Part shown: positions 28,628-41,908 of the stretch, one piece after another
Layout: the number at the start of each line of letters is the position of its first letter
Numbering within the stretch: position 1 is the stretch's first letter
Assembly: GCA_964016885.1 (NCBI GenBank)
Contig: OZ024743.1
Span: forward strand, 162,068,001-162,132,000
Direction of reading: 5' to 3'
DNA length: 64,000 bases
From: Eledone cirrhosa
Taxonomy: Eukaryota
The notes under the pieces: model-generated
Told to the model about the DNA's origin: nothing
Database searches by the model: none
The model's input: the letters and a program-made list of their open reading frames with translations, nothing else
Program-made: the position numbers and the translations under genes

Positions 28628-29101
28628 TATATATATATGCATATATATATATATATATACTTATATATATATATACGTATATATACGATATTAAATAAAT
28701 GGAATTTAGTTAAATGAACAATAATAACGCCTAGGGGTATTACTTCTACTACCACTATGACCACGACCACTAACAACAACAACAACAACAACAATAATAA
28801 TAATAATAAAAGTGATGTTGATGGTGCTGATTAATAGAAAATGCTATTTTCATCATTTCAAAAAGCAAAACAATTGATACGTTGGGTATGACTATTGGTC
28901 GTTAGCATGCTCAACCAGCCGTGACGCTTAAACCAATCAGCTGTAGTAATTCAGTGAAACTACACACTGATTGGTCGAAATACAGTTTACAGGGCTTTGC
29001 ATTCTGGAGCCACTTTTCTCTGTATAAAATGTATAAAAGGTAGTAAATTTACCCATCTCATTACAGTTGAAAATTGCAAACTCGACTGTCACCACATATC
29101 A

Positions 29102-29140
29102 TGAACCTGAAGATTGCGAAAGCATGAAAGTACTTGTTCA
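29102..29140 (+). ncRNA. Minimal hammerhead ribozyme with palindromic stem III, in a second pLTR family (copy ~29065-29302)
   Basis: tgaac-CTGAAGA-ttgcgaaagcat-GAAA-gtac-TT-gttca; second copy on minus at 48947-48985. Confidence 0.8.
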
Positions 29141-29302
29141 ATTAACACTTAGAATTTAATATTCTATCATACTATCTCATTATAATACCATATTATATAT
29201 ATTTTAAAGGATTGTAAATAAAACGAGTAAATCAGACAAAGTTGGAATTCCTCTTATTAATATAATCTTCTATACACAATCATACACACCCGTGTATATT
29301 TA

Positions 29303-29337
<35 letters not shown>

Positions 29338-29341
<4 letters not shown>

Positions 29342-30207
29342 CGTTTCTGAATTTGTTTAGCAAGATTCTTTATCTGAAAACGTGTGTTGAAACCGATATT
29401 GCTATACTTTGGGAGGGGCACGTCGCCAACAAGAAACACACGCACCAGCCGCTCTCACCTCAATCCATTACAATAAACCCATAAACTTAGGAATCCACAA
29501 ACTGGCTGGCCGGCCCCACAACCAGACGGTTGCCCACATACTGTCAAAGTTCCCCCGCCACACTCCCGCGACCCCCTCAGCGACTGGGATCTCCCTTCCC
29601 TGCTTCTGCGCCTCACCCCTGCTCTGTCCCACGCCATCTTGTTTTTGTGTGTGTGCTGTGTGCCCAGCTCGCGCATGTGTTACATCCGGGTGTCTGTGTG
29701 TGTTTATATTCGTTTATTTATTTGTTTATTTACATGTTACTGGTTGGTTGTTTGTTCTATGTGCGTGTGTGTTTTCATTTTGTCCTTAATTGTAAGTTGT
29801 GATGTTGCTATTCTATTCATGTTTTCTATTTAATTTTGGTTGGAGTTCATTTATGTTTATTGCCTCTGTGATTTGTCTAAACATTGCGTCTTTTCTGTGT
29901 GTAGATTCTATTTTTATTTCTATGTTCTCTAATTTACCCTTATGTTCTATTTTAGCATGTTGGTAGAGTACAGATGATTCTTTACTATCTTGAAGCTCTC
30001 GCCAGTGTTCATTTATCCGTTCCCCTATACTACGAGCTGTCTCACCTATGTACACTATATTTTTATCTCTACATTGTCCTTCAGTACATCTTATGCTATA
30101 TACTACATTTCTAGTTTTACAGTTAATATGGGGGCTTAATTTACAGATTATGCATTTCTTATCTATACAGGGAGGTCTTTGAAAAGGGTATGTATTGCTA
30201 ATAAGTG
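29338..30207 (-). mobile_element. PLE 3' fragment (GIY-YIG plus pLTR copy C, hypermutated)
   Basis: NVVYSIRC..YIGETARSIGERINEH..RQITEA; pLTR homologous to 54553-54990. Confidence 0.88.
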
Positions 30208-30288
30208 TCCTTGTCTATGAAGTCTGTCAATGTCGATCTCACAGATCACAAATTTATGGTCTGTGTAATCGACTATTTTATCATAATA

Positions 30289-30835
30289 ATACATACTGAC
30301 AGGACCATAAAAGCAAATAGACCTGACATCATTATAAAAGAGGAACATAACAAGGTCTGTTTGTTGATAGATATGAGCATCCCGTGTGATCACAATATCA
30401 CGGCAAAGGGGTTTGACAAGCTACGAAAATATAAAGATCTGCTTATTGAAATTGAGAAAATGTGGCACCTCAAGGCCGTTACAATACCAGTGATTATGGG
30501 AGGACTGGGTATGATCAAGAAAGGAACAGAACAATATTTGCGAATGATTCCTGGTTTTCCCTCTCTGCACGAGGTGCAAAAAATTGTTTTGACTGGTACT
30601 GCACACGTATTGAGAAGAGCACTATCTCTGTAAGATTGATCTCCCTCCTTGTATTTACATATGCATATGCACATGAGTATATATGTATACTGTTTTTTTT
30701 TATTTTTTTTTTATTATAATCAATGTGCTGTATTAACTGCCTTACCAATGCAGACTGTGAATTTATTTGCCCTAGGTGTCGAGAAGACACTCGGCATATA
30801 TCTCAGAAACAACAATGAAGGAAAATAAAAACGGT
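30289..30835 (+). mobile_element. R4/Dong-like LINE 3' fragment in (TAA)n
   Basis: ANRPDIII..LIDMSIP..KYKDLLIEIEKMW; TAA repeats on both sides. Confidence 0.85.
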
Positions 30836-30860
30836 AATATTAATAATAATAATGATAATG

Positions 30861-32011
30861 CTTTCTTTATTAACCATAAGAGTTTACACAAAGTGAGACA
30901 TTAAGGACAGTACAGGACAATACAGGACGGTACAAATGGGCATTTCTGTGTGTAAAAAAACAAAAACAGAGGATGTAACAAAAAAGAGTTATAGAGTTTA
31001 TCCCGAACTGGCAAAGCTCCTCCGTAGCACTGCCAGGCCAGGGATTTCTGGAAATTGTCCATAGGCCTCGGCCCGAAAGTTCTTCCGAAGAGATTGGCTA
31101 GTTGATTTTTGTCGACGCCTAGCGTTTCCCCAAGTACGTCGTCGCTCTTCCTCTCCACTAATCCCCAATAGAACGCCAAGGTGGAGTTTCCACCGATCAT
31201 ATTGCCCGACTGGTCGAGGCTAGTGAGCGCCTGCTTTCTTTATTAACCACAAGGGTTGACATAAAGTATAACATTAAGGACAGCACAGGACAATACAGGA
31301 CGGTACAAATGGGCATTTCTGCGTGTAAAAGACAAAAAACAAACAAACAGAGGATGTAACAAAAAAAGAAACAATGAAAAATTCCCAAATAGGGGGGACA
31401 ATTCCGAGGGTCATTCGTGGAGAAAGCCCATTAAAAAGCCACGGTAACCCTCACCACCAGGGCAAATACCCTCTCCCAGTTTTCTACCTTCAACAATTTA
31501 GAGTCGCATACTCAGAGTATGCTTGCGTCTCGGGCCATGCTTGCGTCTCTCACCCATCTGGGAAGAGAGCACTTCCCTCTCTACCCTGATTTTCCTTTTC
31601 AAATGAAATTTGAAAAAATTAATCAGGGCATCACCGAAGAAGTAAGTGTTCGTCTTCAGCCCTTTCAAACTCATCCACCACACTATCTCTTTCGCCATGG
31701 CCATCAGACAGATAAACACTGCCTGCTCTTCCCGGCTAAAGGAAGAGGACGGGCAATCCTCACGATGGACTCAACTGATATACGGATCTGTCCTACACGC
31801 AACATCAGGTGTTCGACATAAACCCACAAGTCAGCAATGCTCGGACACTGGACGAGTGCGTGCAGGACGCTTTCGTCGCCCTGCGCGCATCTCGGATATG
31901 CCCGGCTGACAGCACTTCCATGCCTGTAGAGTTTATCCTGAACTGGTAAAGCTCTTCGGTAGCACTGCCAGGCCATGGAATTCTGGAAGTTGTGCATAAG
32001 CCCCGGCCCGA
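30861..32011 (-). mobile_element. Two tandem Tx1 3' fragments (30861-31226 and 31233-32011) within (TAA)n
   Basis: FGPRPMDNFQKSLAWQCY..LPVRDKLY; both end ggttaataaagaaagc; bounded by TAA repeats. Confidence 0.82.
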
Positions 32012-32012
32012 A

Positions 32013-32067
<55 letters not shown>

Positions 32068-32559
32068 TCAAGCAAAAACTGATATACTACATATCACAAA
32101 AGTCAGTAACGACAACGCCTCCGCCGCCACCACTCCATCCATCATTGCTACCACTATCCCATCACCGCCGCCACCACTCCTTCATTGCTACCACGACTAT
32201 TCCCCTGTTAACTTGAGAGAGAAAGGGGAAGGTGGCGGTATCACTAGACAAGGGAGAGGCTAGCAAAAGATATAAATAGATTCACTTCGTGACCTGGCCA
32301 CCGGCCAAACGTCAACATCAACAACTATGGGACTGCTGGATCACCCCTTCCTCACCAACAATAAAAAAAGCCCCGGCACCACCACCGACATAGCCAACAA
32401 CAATAACAGGCAACTTCAGCAAAAAGTATATTATATTATTCTAATGCACTGGGTGATTGCTGGCCTTGTGCCTGGAGTGGAGACAATTATTAATAATTTC
32501 ATTCTTAAGCCACGCAATGCTCACATTAAGGAATCACTCATGATAATAACAATTTAAAA

Positions 32560-35500
32560 AAACAACAAAAAAGAAAACCCCGTGACCAAGAAATACCGAG
32601 AAGGAGGCCGGCGGGGAATAGCCGTGTCTCTAGGGGAGAATGACCCCTCTAGTCTTGGTTGACACTCGTTCTAGAAGTGGTAACACGAAATGATTACCCC
32701 TTGGCGGATAAGGATAAAACGCGACAAAATAAAGTAAATGTCTAATGATAAAATCTCATACCGGATCGGCCGTCATCCGGGTAAAAAAGGGCCGCGTCCC
32801 TCAGAGAGGAACCAGACTGGGGTCGAAAAATCAGCTAATGGTTCAAACCTTCCCATCACTTCGGAGCTGGAGACCTCCCATAACCGGAATACTCCTACTG
32901 TTGGCCCTCCATGCTCACCACCAAGAAATCCAAAGAAAAAGAGAGAAAAATGGCCAAGGGAAGATAATAAAGAAGTCCTTGAGGCTTTCTACACTGCCAT
33001 GTACTACCCATCAAATACATCGAATACAGAACAGACATATATCAACTGGAAAAAGAAACATCCCGAAAACAGAGGCTATATTGACAGTAACAAGCCAATA
33101 ACGAAGAAATATTGTAAAAAAAAAGTTACTAACTGATATAGAAATTAATCAGATCAAGCTATTAGCACAAAGTCAGCGAAGGGAAAATGAAACATGTGTC
33201 AGTGAAAACGAGGTAAATTGTAACACTTCGAATCCCAGGGTTGGGGCGGAATCACTGGCAACAGAACAAATTAAAGAAAGGATCGAAAAAGTGGAGGGAG
33301 TGCATGCTCAAGATGAAACTCCAAATGAAAATAATGAGATCGTAAATGATAAAGAAATGAATGAGAATGAACTTGCCAACTTGAAGGATGAAATTATGAT
33401 CGAATGGATGAAAATGAAAGAATCTGACATGGGGCAACGAGACACCCTCCCTAAGATCCAGAACTCCAAATAGAACCAAAAGATAATACACAAGACTAAC
33501 ATAATTCTCAAAAACATTATCATCACAAACAAACTAAACATTACTGATTTAAATCATCTCTATTATGCATCGGCTAAAGTCACCACTCACTTATGTGGAG
33601 TGAAGATGAAAAAACAAAGGAATTCCCACAAGAAATCTACTTGGCAAGAGAACATCAATCGCCAAATAAACCTTCTCCGATCTGACATAGAAATTTTAAC
33701 AAACTATAAAGTAGGTGAACATGTTAAACAAACTAAACTTAGAAAATTGAAAAAAAAGTACAGTATAAAATCAACATGTGACATAGACATGCTGATAGAA
33801 ATAATCAAGCAAAAAGTGTCGGCCAAAGCTGCTCGTATAAGGCGCTTTGAAAAACGATCTAGTATCTGTAAGGACAATAATATGTTCAAAAACAACCAAA
33901 GAAACTTCTACAGAAAAATTGGTAAGTCAATAATAACTGCTAAATCAATACCACCCAAGGAGGAAGTGCAAGAATTCTGGGAAAAGATCTGGGCCGAAGA
34001 AAAAGTTCATAACATACATGCCCCATGGATAGACAGACAAATGAAAGATACAGCTCACCTTGAGGAACAAATATGGGAAAACATAACAGTTGAACAGTTG
34101 CGCTTGGCTCTAAGAAAAACCAGCAAATGGAAATCCCCAGGAAAAGACAAAATACAAAACTTTTGGATAAATGCCTTCACAGAGTCTCATGAGCTGTTAG
34201 CCCAACTTTACAATGAAATAGTTAAGGAGCCAGAAAAGATACCATCATGGCTAGTTAACGGCATTACATTCCTGTTTCCGAAGAATGATGAGACAAACAA
34301 TCCCAAAAATTACAGACCGATAACTTGCTTTACCACAATGTATAACATTTTAACATCAGTCCTAACTGAATCCACATATGACCACCTGATAACAAATGAC
34401 CTATTTCCCATTGAGCAGAAAGGGTGTAAACGAGGCTCATATGGCTGTAAGGATCAGCTTTTGGTTAACAAAATGATACTGGAAGATTGTCATAATAGAC
34501 ACAAAAATCTATCGATTGCTTGGATAGATTATAAAAAAGCATTCGATAGTTTGCCACAGAGTTGGATTGAAAAATGTTTAGAGATTTTCAAAATATCCCC
34601 CGTTGTCAGGAGGTTTTTGTCATTCAGTATGAAGACATGGAAAAGGACACTCCTTTTGAATAGTGAAACAAAATCACTGGAAGCTGCAGAAGTTAATATT
34701 AATTGTGGAATTTTTCAGGGTGACTCTTTATCACCGCTTTTATTCTGCATCGCACTTATACCATTAAGTAAAGTGCTCAATGAAACAAAACATGGATATA
34801 AAGTCTATGACAAAACCATTAATCACCTGTTCTACATGGATGACCTGAAACTATTTGCAAAAAATGATGAACAATTGCAAGGGCTATTATCCACTGTGGA
34901 GCAGTTCAGTGATGACATTAAAATGGAGTTTGGACTAGATAAATGCGCCAAAGCAACGTTCACCAGAGGAAAGCTGCTGAAGAGTTCAGACATTAATCTT
35001 GATCGGGGGAACGTGATAAGAGAACTTGATCAAGAAAAAACTTACAAATATCTAGGTGTTTGTGAAGGAGACGGAATCAAGCACTCGACAATGACGGAAA
35101 GGATAAGGAAGGAATGTTACCGCAGAGTAAGAGCAATCTTAAGAACGGAATTGAATGCAAGGAATAGGATCGATGCCATAAACACGCTTGCCATACCAGT
35201 AGTAACCTACAGTTACAATGTCATCAACTGGTTAAGCACAGAGATCCGTAGGCTCGATACAAAAATTCGAAAATTCTTAACCATGCACAGAATGCATCAC
35301 CCTAGGGCAGATATAGATAGAATATATCTCCCTAGGAAAGAAGGAGGACGTGGGTTAATCCAGTTAGACATTGCGTTGAAAACTGAAACAATTGGATTAT
35401 CTACATATCTAAGGGAATCACATGATTGGATGATCAAACTCGTTTTGAAACACGAAAGCATCAAAAGATCATATTCCATTACAAAAGATGCACAAAGATA

Positions 35501-36526
35501 CAGTAATGGACTACAAATTTCAGAAGTCCCATTTACTGCTGAAATGGAAAACACAGAAAAAGCAAAGCAGGTAAAAGTAACTGCAAAGAAAGAACTGCTA
35601 CAGAAACTGGCTAAGAAATGGCAAGAAAAGCCTCTGTATGGAAAATACCCAGAGCGAGCTAACAATCCTGATGTTGAGAAAACTTTAACCCATCAGTGGT
35701 TGGCATCCTCTGGACTGAAATCGGAGACTGAAGGACTGATTATATCAGCACAAGATCAGTGTCTGCCAACAAAAAATTACCAAGCCAACATAATAAAAAA
35801 TGGATGCAGCCCATTATGCCGTGTATGCAAAAAACAACCAGAGACCATTGACCATATAATTTCAATGTGCAGTCCTATAGCTCCAACCGAATACCTAAAC
35901 AGGCATGACAGAGCTGCACAATACATACATTGGATAATGTGTAAGCATTTTGACCTGCCCCATCAAAAGAATTGGTGGGAGCATCAACCACCTCCCATAC
36001 TTGAAAAGGATCACATCTCAATCTTGTGGAACTTTAGCATCCAAACAGACCGAAAAATAGATGCAAACAGACCTGATATAATATTGAAAGACTTTCAAAA
36101 GAGGGTATGCCTGCTAATTGATATGTCTGTTCCAATAGACAAGAATGTATCTATAAAAACATTTGAAAAATTGAGCAAGTATAAGGACCTGGAGATAGAA
36201 ATTGGAAAAATGTGGAAATTGAGAACTAAAACAATACCAGTGGTTGTAGGCGCTCTAGGAATGATACCTAAGGGGTCTAATGATTATTTATCGCAAATCC
36301 CAGGAAACCCGTGTATAGGAGAAATACAAAAGATAGTACTAATGGGAACTGACCATATACTAAGGAAGATTCTATCAATATAAGTACATCACAAGTCTAA
36401 ACACTAAAGATGCATGTGTGAGTATGTATGTTCTTTCTTGAACATGGCGGACCTTGTTGTCTCTTGAGGTCACTGGTTGTGACTTGGTGATAACTCGTAT
36501 GAACATAAAGAAAGATAAATGCAACT

Positions 36527-36527
<1 letters not shown>
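32560..36527 (+). mobile_element. Near-full-length R4/Dong-type non-LTR retrotransposon
   Basis: 5' UTR, broken N-terminal ORF (32738-33600), long RT-REL ORF, 3' UTR ending in (TAA)n at 36528-36570. Confidence 0.92.
33600..36383 (+). CDS. R4/Dong RT, CCHC and restriction-like endonuclease polyprotein (927 aa open; true start upstream and disrupted)
   Basis: NYRPITC, WIDYKKAFDS, GIFQGDSLSP, FYMDDL, CRVC..HIISMC, NRPD..DMSVP..EKLSKYKDL. Confidence 0.9.
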   Translation: MKMKKQRNSHKKSTWQENINRQINLLRSDIEILTNYKVGEHVKQTKLRKLKKKYSIKSTCDIDMLIEIIKQKVSAKAARIRRFEKRSSICKDNNMFKNNQRNFYRKIGKSIITAKSIPPKEEVQEFWEKIWAEEKVHNIHAPWIDRQMKDTAHLEEQIWENITVEQLRLALRKTSKWKSPGKDKIQNFWINAFTESHELLAQLYNEIVKEPEKIPSWLVNGITFLFPKNDETNNPKNYRPITCFTTMYNILTSVLTESTYDHLITNDLFPIEQKGCKRGSYGCKDQLLVNKMILEDCHNRHKNLSIAWIDYKKAFDSLPQSWIEKCLEIFKISPVVRRFLSFSMKTWKRTLLLNSETKSLEAAEVNINCGIFQGDSLSPLLFCIALIPLSKVLNETKHGYKVYDKTINHLFYMDDLKLFAKNDEQLQGLLSTVEQFSDDIKMEFGLDKCAKATFTRGKLLKSSDINLDRGNVIRELDQEKTYKYLGVCEGDGIKHSTMTERIRKECYRRVRAILRTELNARNRIDAINTLAIPVVTYSYNVINWLSTEIRRLDTKIRKFLTMHRMHHPRADIDRIYLPRKEGGRGLIQLDIALKTETIGLSTYLRESHDWMIKLVLKHESIKRSYSITKDAQRYSNGLQISEVPFTAEMENTEKAKQVKVTAKKELLQKLAKKWQEKPLYGKYPERANNPDVEKTLTHQWLASSGLKSETEGLIISAQDQCLPTKNYQANIIKNGCSPLCRVCKKQPETIDHIISMCSPIAPTEYLNRHDRAAQYIHWIMCKHFDLPHQKNWWEHQPPPILEKDHISILWNFSIQTDRKIDANRPDIILKDFQKRVCLLIDMSVPIDKNVSIKTFEKLSKYKDLEIEIGKMWKLRTKTIPVVVGALGMIPKGSNDYLSQIPGNPCIGEIQKIVLMGTDHILRKILSI

Positions 36528-36572
<45 letters not shown>

Positions 36573-37230
36573 GAGAGACGGTTTTATTCGTATATCTTCA
36601 TTTTATTACGTAATTCTATTATACTTATTTCAAAGATGTCAGAGTGGTTATATAATATACCCCTGGCATGTTTTCATCAGATAGTGTAGGATGTATTTTC
36701 CTATTTATTGATATGTTACTAGTTTCTCGTGGTGTTCACATCGCTCTCCAGTACCAATATAAATCATATTGTTATTCTATTAGCTATATGTAGAGTGGGA
36801 GACTATATTGTTGCTGGCATTCTGTGACTACAAGTAGATTACGGTATCAAATTACAGGAGGGGTCATTTTCAATTCATCAATTTCTTAGATTTGGCTTGA
36901 TTGAACTACTAATTTGTTTATTAATTTTTTAACTTAATTCTACGTATTTATATTTCTATCCCAAGCATTAATTATTGGATAAGGAGATTTCTGTGTAACT
37001 ATGTATTAATGTATGGTTTAGTAATCATTTTTTGGTTTATTTGAGATTAATAATTGCGGGAGCGTTAACTATATGCGCTCGAGTTTTTATGCATATAGTT
37101 TTCGAGATTCTATGCATACAGATGTTAAATATGTCGGAGCGTTTATTAATAACTTTGTAAATTCTCAGTTGTACAGAGGTCACAGCCAGTAAGTATAGAT
37201 TCGAGTAAATAAGGAAAAGCATGTGCTAGT

Positions 37231-37500
37231 TTAGACCATGAAACAGTATTGTACTTGGTTACTTTTCATCCTCCATATCAGTTCAGATAGAGCCGTGCTG
37301 GTTCTTTTATCAGCTCGTTTAAAAGTGTGGCGATGTTTGTACCACCTTTCCTTAAAGCTAGTTGAGGTTGTACCTATATATTTATATGTTGTATTTCTAG
37401 TAGTGATTTTACATTCATAAACAATGTTTCTATCTAGGCATTTATTCTGCATAGGGCAGTTGGCTGGAATTCTGCAGTTGCAGTCAATTTTATTGTTTTG
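37231..37500 (-). mobile_element. PLE GIY-YIG fragment
   Basis: CNCRIPANCPMQNKC..IVYECK..YIGTTSTSFKERW. Confidence 0.8.
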
Positions 37501-37644
37501 TTTTATCGTTCGTTGTTTTTTTTTGGACAGCGTTCCCGATCAAAACTATCTATCTCTCTCTTTCTCTTTCTCTCTCCTCTTTCTTTCTTTCTTTCTTTCT
37601 TTCTCCTCTTCTATTTCTTTTTCCTTTTTCCTTCTTCTTTCCTT

Positions 37645-38860
37645 TGCCCCTTCTAAATCTGACCTGGGGGTTGTTAGTAAATCCATCTTGGATAGAATTA
37701 TCCCACAGGTTTGCTCTAATTCTCAATTAAATTTATGGTCGGGTACTTCTGATGTGATAGACTGGTTCAATGACCTGAATAATAAAAACAAACTAAAATA
37801 TATTCAGTTAGACATTGCTAGCTATTACTTTTCTATTTCTCCTTCACTCCTTAACTAGGCTCTCTCATATGCGTCTAAATACTCGGACATCACTACTGAT
37901 GAATTGAACATCATTCTCACCGCTAGGAAAACCATCCTGGAATTTAACAATGAATATTGGACAAGAGCTGATTTTGACATCACCATGGGTTCGTCGGACT
38001 CAGCGCAATTGACAGACTTGGTTGGAATTTTCAGCTTGAACTCTTTAAATCGGAAAATTCCTCAACTTCGCGGTGGAATATATCGTGATGATGCTCTTTT
38101 TACTGTCTTAAATTGTAACAAAGTCAACCTTAATATTATTAAGAAAAATATACTTGAATTATTTAACCATTTTAACCTAAAAATACAATTTGAGAATAAT
38201 GATAAATTAGCAAATTTCCTAGATATATACCTTAATCTAGATACCGGCCTATATTACCCATACCATAAGGATAACGAGAACCTAAATTATGTTAACTTTC
38301 AATCAAACCATCCTAATAGTGTTAAAACTGCTATAGTCAGAAGTGTTGAAAAAAGAATTTCTAATTTATCCTCTAATAAACATATCTTCGATGCAAATGC
38401 CAACTACTATAATAATGCGTTATCTAGGGCTGGATATCCAGACAAAATTAAATACACTAAGGATACTAATCTTGGCAGAAGTTATAGTAATGTAGCTAGT
38501 TATAAGCATACCAGTAACATAAAGAGGAGACCTAGATATAAAAATATCCTTTGGTACAACGCACCATTCTCTCTTTCACTTATTAGTAATATCCCTAATT
38601 ATTTTTTAGGGCTTTAGATAACAGCTTCCCCTCTTCACATATTTCTAGAAAAAGACAAAAACATTAATTACGAAATCTCTTGGCGTAAAATTTGCAACGC
38701 TTTACCTTACACCAACGCTTCCATATCTAGGGTCTCTAATTTATGTCTAGCTGAAAAATTTACCATTATCTCGAATTTCAACTTTAAATAATTAGACGTA
38801 TGGATTTATTTGCTATCTGTATTCATAAATCTTTTAAGACCTTTCACAAAGTATACAGCT
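37645..38860 (+). mobile_element. PLE RT fragment, same family as 6772-8160, internally deleted
   Basis: PSKSDLGVVSK, QLDIASYY, FDITMGSSD, GIYRDD, WYNAPFS. Confidence 0.85.
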
Positions 38861-39010
38861 AATGTCCTATAACTTATTCTACGAATAACGGTTAATCTTT
38901 TTTACACATATATATTTACACATATATCTTTTCACACATTTTCCCTCACATATTTCATTATATTCTACAATGTATTAATCCCCTTTTCTTTGCATTATTA
39001 AGCCTTTCTA

Positions 39011-39143
39011 GGGCGGTGAATTGGCAGTATCGGTAGAGGGTCGGACGCCATGCTTTGACGCATAGAATTACGGCCCTTGCTACTCTGAGTTCAAATCCCG
39101 CCGAGGTTAACTTTGTCTTTCATCCTTACTTGGTCGATAAAAT
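39011..39143 (+). mobile_element. tRNA-derived SINE
   Basis: A-box-like tggcagtatcggtaga, B-box gagttcaaatcc, body ttcatcc..gtcgataaaat. Confidence 0.8.
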
Positions 39144-40626
39144 TGTAGAAGATCACGCCACCTAGCTTTGACTTTGGAGGCAGTCGATTAGCTGCCCTTA
39201 GTTCTGACGTCACGTTCTGACGTCAGTTGCTGAATACACTCTCTTTTCAACTTTGTGTGTTGATGTGAGCAGACGCACTTCACTGTGGCGAAACAGCGAT
39301 ATCACACCATGCGGTCACGGGATATTTGAACACCGCCACGAAATGATAATTACGAATTACCAATCAAGAAGCAACTGATATGATAACCTGTTTTGTTTAT
39401 TAAAATGCTCATGTACATATAATCTCGAGGTATGTTCTTTTTGCTTAATTGTTTAGCTACACCTAACAACAAATAGAAGAGATGTACTAGCAGCCAAGCT
39501 AGGGAAACGAACTCCCCTCTAAATCGTAAAACAACGCAGCCTTCTAAAATGGTGACCATCTCTCCTAAAAAATAAAGTACCAGTAATTCACTGGGTAATT
39601 GCTGGCCTTGTGCCAAAAGTAGAAACAATTATTAAGCCTTTCACCTTCTTTCTCTATTGACGTTAATTTTTTCGTTCAAACCTTCGTAGATTTTGTAAAC
39701 AATCTATGACGTCATATGTCTTTTTACATTTAAACCTTTCTAGCTATTTCCTTTATTTAGTTGTTGATATAAAATATTAAAATAATAATCTAATACTATA
39801 CCCCAGATATATAAATGTTTAATAGTAATTTTTAATTTTGCAATAGATGGATTATTCTTATTTTTATTTATTATTTATTATTCTAATCTTTTTTTATTCT
39901 AGTCTATCTTATTTTATTTTATTTTATTTTATTTTATTTTATTTTAAAAAACCCTTTTTTTATAATTATTATTATTTTTAATTTAATTTTAATTTTAATT
40001 TTAATTTTAATTTTAATTTTAATTTTAATTTTAATTTTTATTTTTATTTTTATTTTATTTTATTTTATTTTATTTTATTTTATTTTATTTTATTTTATTT
40101 TATTTTATTTTATTTTATTTTATTTTATTTTTTATTTTATTAATACATTTTTACACTTATTAATCCAATTTTTAGTATTCAAACTCAATATTAAATAATT
40201 GTTTCTACTTTTGGCACAAGGCCATCAATTATCCAGTACATTACTGGTACTTTATTTTATCGACCCCGTAAGGATGAAAGGCAAAGTTAAATAATATACC
40301 CAGTTTATATATTCTAGAATCTAATATTCGTTATATTAGCGCATTCACCTCATCAATTTATTTATATTTTTTATATTTATTTTTATTTTTATTATATATA
40401 TATCTTTCTTATATTATATATATATCTTTCTTTCTTTCTCCTCTTCTATTTCTTTTTCCTTTTTCCTTTCCTTTCCTTCATTTTTCTATTTTTGTCATAT
40501 GTTGACTGGACACTTTCTTGATAAAATAATTCTTTATTTTCTTATTTTTGTCAACCCCTGTATTTTAGATACGTACGTGCGCGTGCAAACGTACATTTAT
40601 TTTTATTTTTATTTTTAATATTGTAC

Positions 40627-40740
<114 letters not shown>

Positions 40741-41344
40741 AAGTTTCCGTTGAAAATTGAAAAAGTCATAGGAGTGAAGAGTGCTCTATGTAAGTTACAG
40801 AGCTAAATTTAATGTATAATAAACAATACAATATAATTACCTCATTACCAGAGGTTTCCCGAATAAGTATTTGGTTGCGCGTGTGTGTGTGTTTATACGC
40901 GTGCTTTCATACTTGTATGTGTATATATTTCAATCCTTAGTCCCTGAGTCTGTATGCTAACTCTATTATCTTACAATTTCTTTTTTCAACATATATTATG
41001 TACGTATTTGTGGTCAGTCATACACTGATATGCTTGCCCTCATGTATGTACTTACGCAGACATTTTTTCACTATACACATGTATTTGTACATACACACAT
41101 ATGTACATTTGTAGGTGCATATATACACATACCCTTACTATATTTCCTTATTTTATTTTTATATATCTCTTGCATTACTTTTATTTATATTTTGTTTTTG
41201 CCCGTTAAACTTTTGCCTTTCTTGAGGAGATTTTTCAAGTATTTCACTGTTTTAAATGGCCTTGTCTGACAAACGAATGAGGACGTTTCTTGTATCGTCT
41301 TATTCGGGAAACCTCTGGTAATGAGGTAATTATATTGTATTGTT

Positions 41345-41398
<54 letters not shown>

Positions 41399-41524
41399 GT
41401 ACAAGGACATATATACAAACATACGCACACATATGCATACATACATATACACATGCACATATATACACTCACATATACATACAATTGTATATATATATAT
41501 CTACATACATATCCACGGATATAT

Positions 41525-41569
<45 letters not shown>

Positions 41570-41634
41570 TACACACACACACATATACAATATAAAATCA
41601 AAAACATATACACACATATATGCTTACATATGTT

Positions 41635-41713
<79 letters not shown>

Positions 41714-41716
<3 letters not shown>

Positions 41717-41830
41717 AACGAGTGAGGACCCCGATGGCTGAGCTCAAGCCGTTTCGACGGCTAATTCTGGACGTCCAGAATTAGCTGTCGAAACGGCTTG
41801 AGCTCAGCCGTCGGGGTCCTACTCGTTCCT
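41714..41830. repeat. Near-perfect ~115-bp palindrome formed by an inverted pLTR end carrying a hammerhead 3' half
   Basis: Centre ggacgtcc; GAAA-cggct..agccg-TC-gggg; the rest of the repeat (to ~41910) matches 58995-59130 on minus. Confidence 0.85.
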
Positions 41831-41908
41831 ATTACCCACTCTACTACCCTAAGTATTGAGTACTTTGGTGCGTTATGGTCCACCTGGTTCCTTACCACAT
41901 TTCCTTCG

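Noticed and set aside
39011-39143. tRNA gene
   Set aside because: A/B-box-like motifs but no cloverleaf; it continues into the SINE body and is multicopy.
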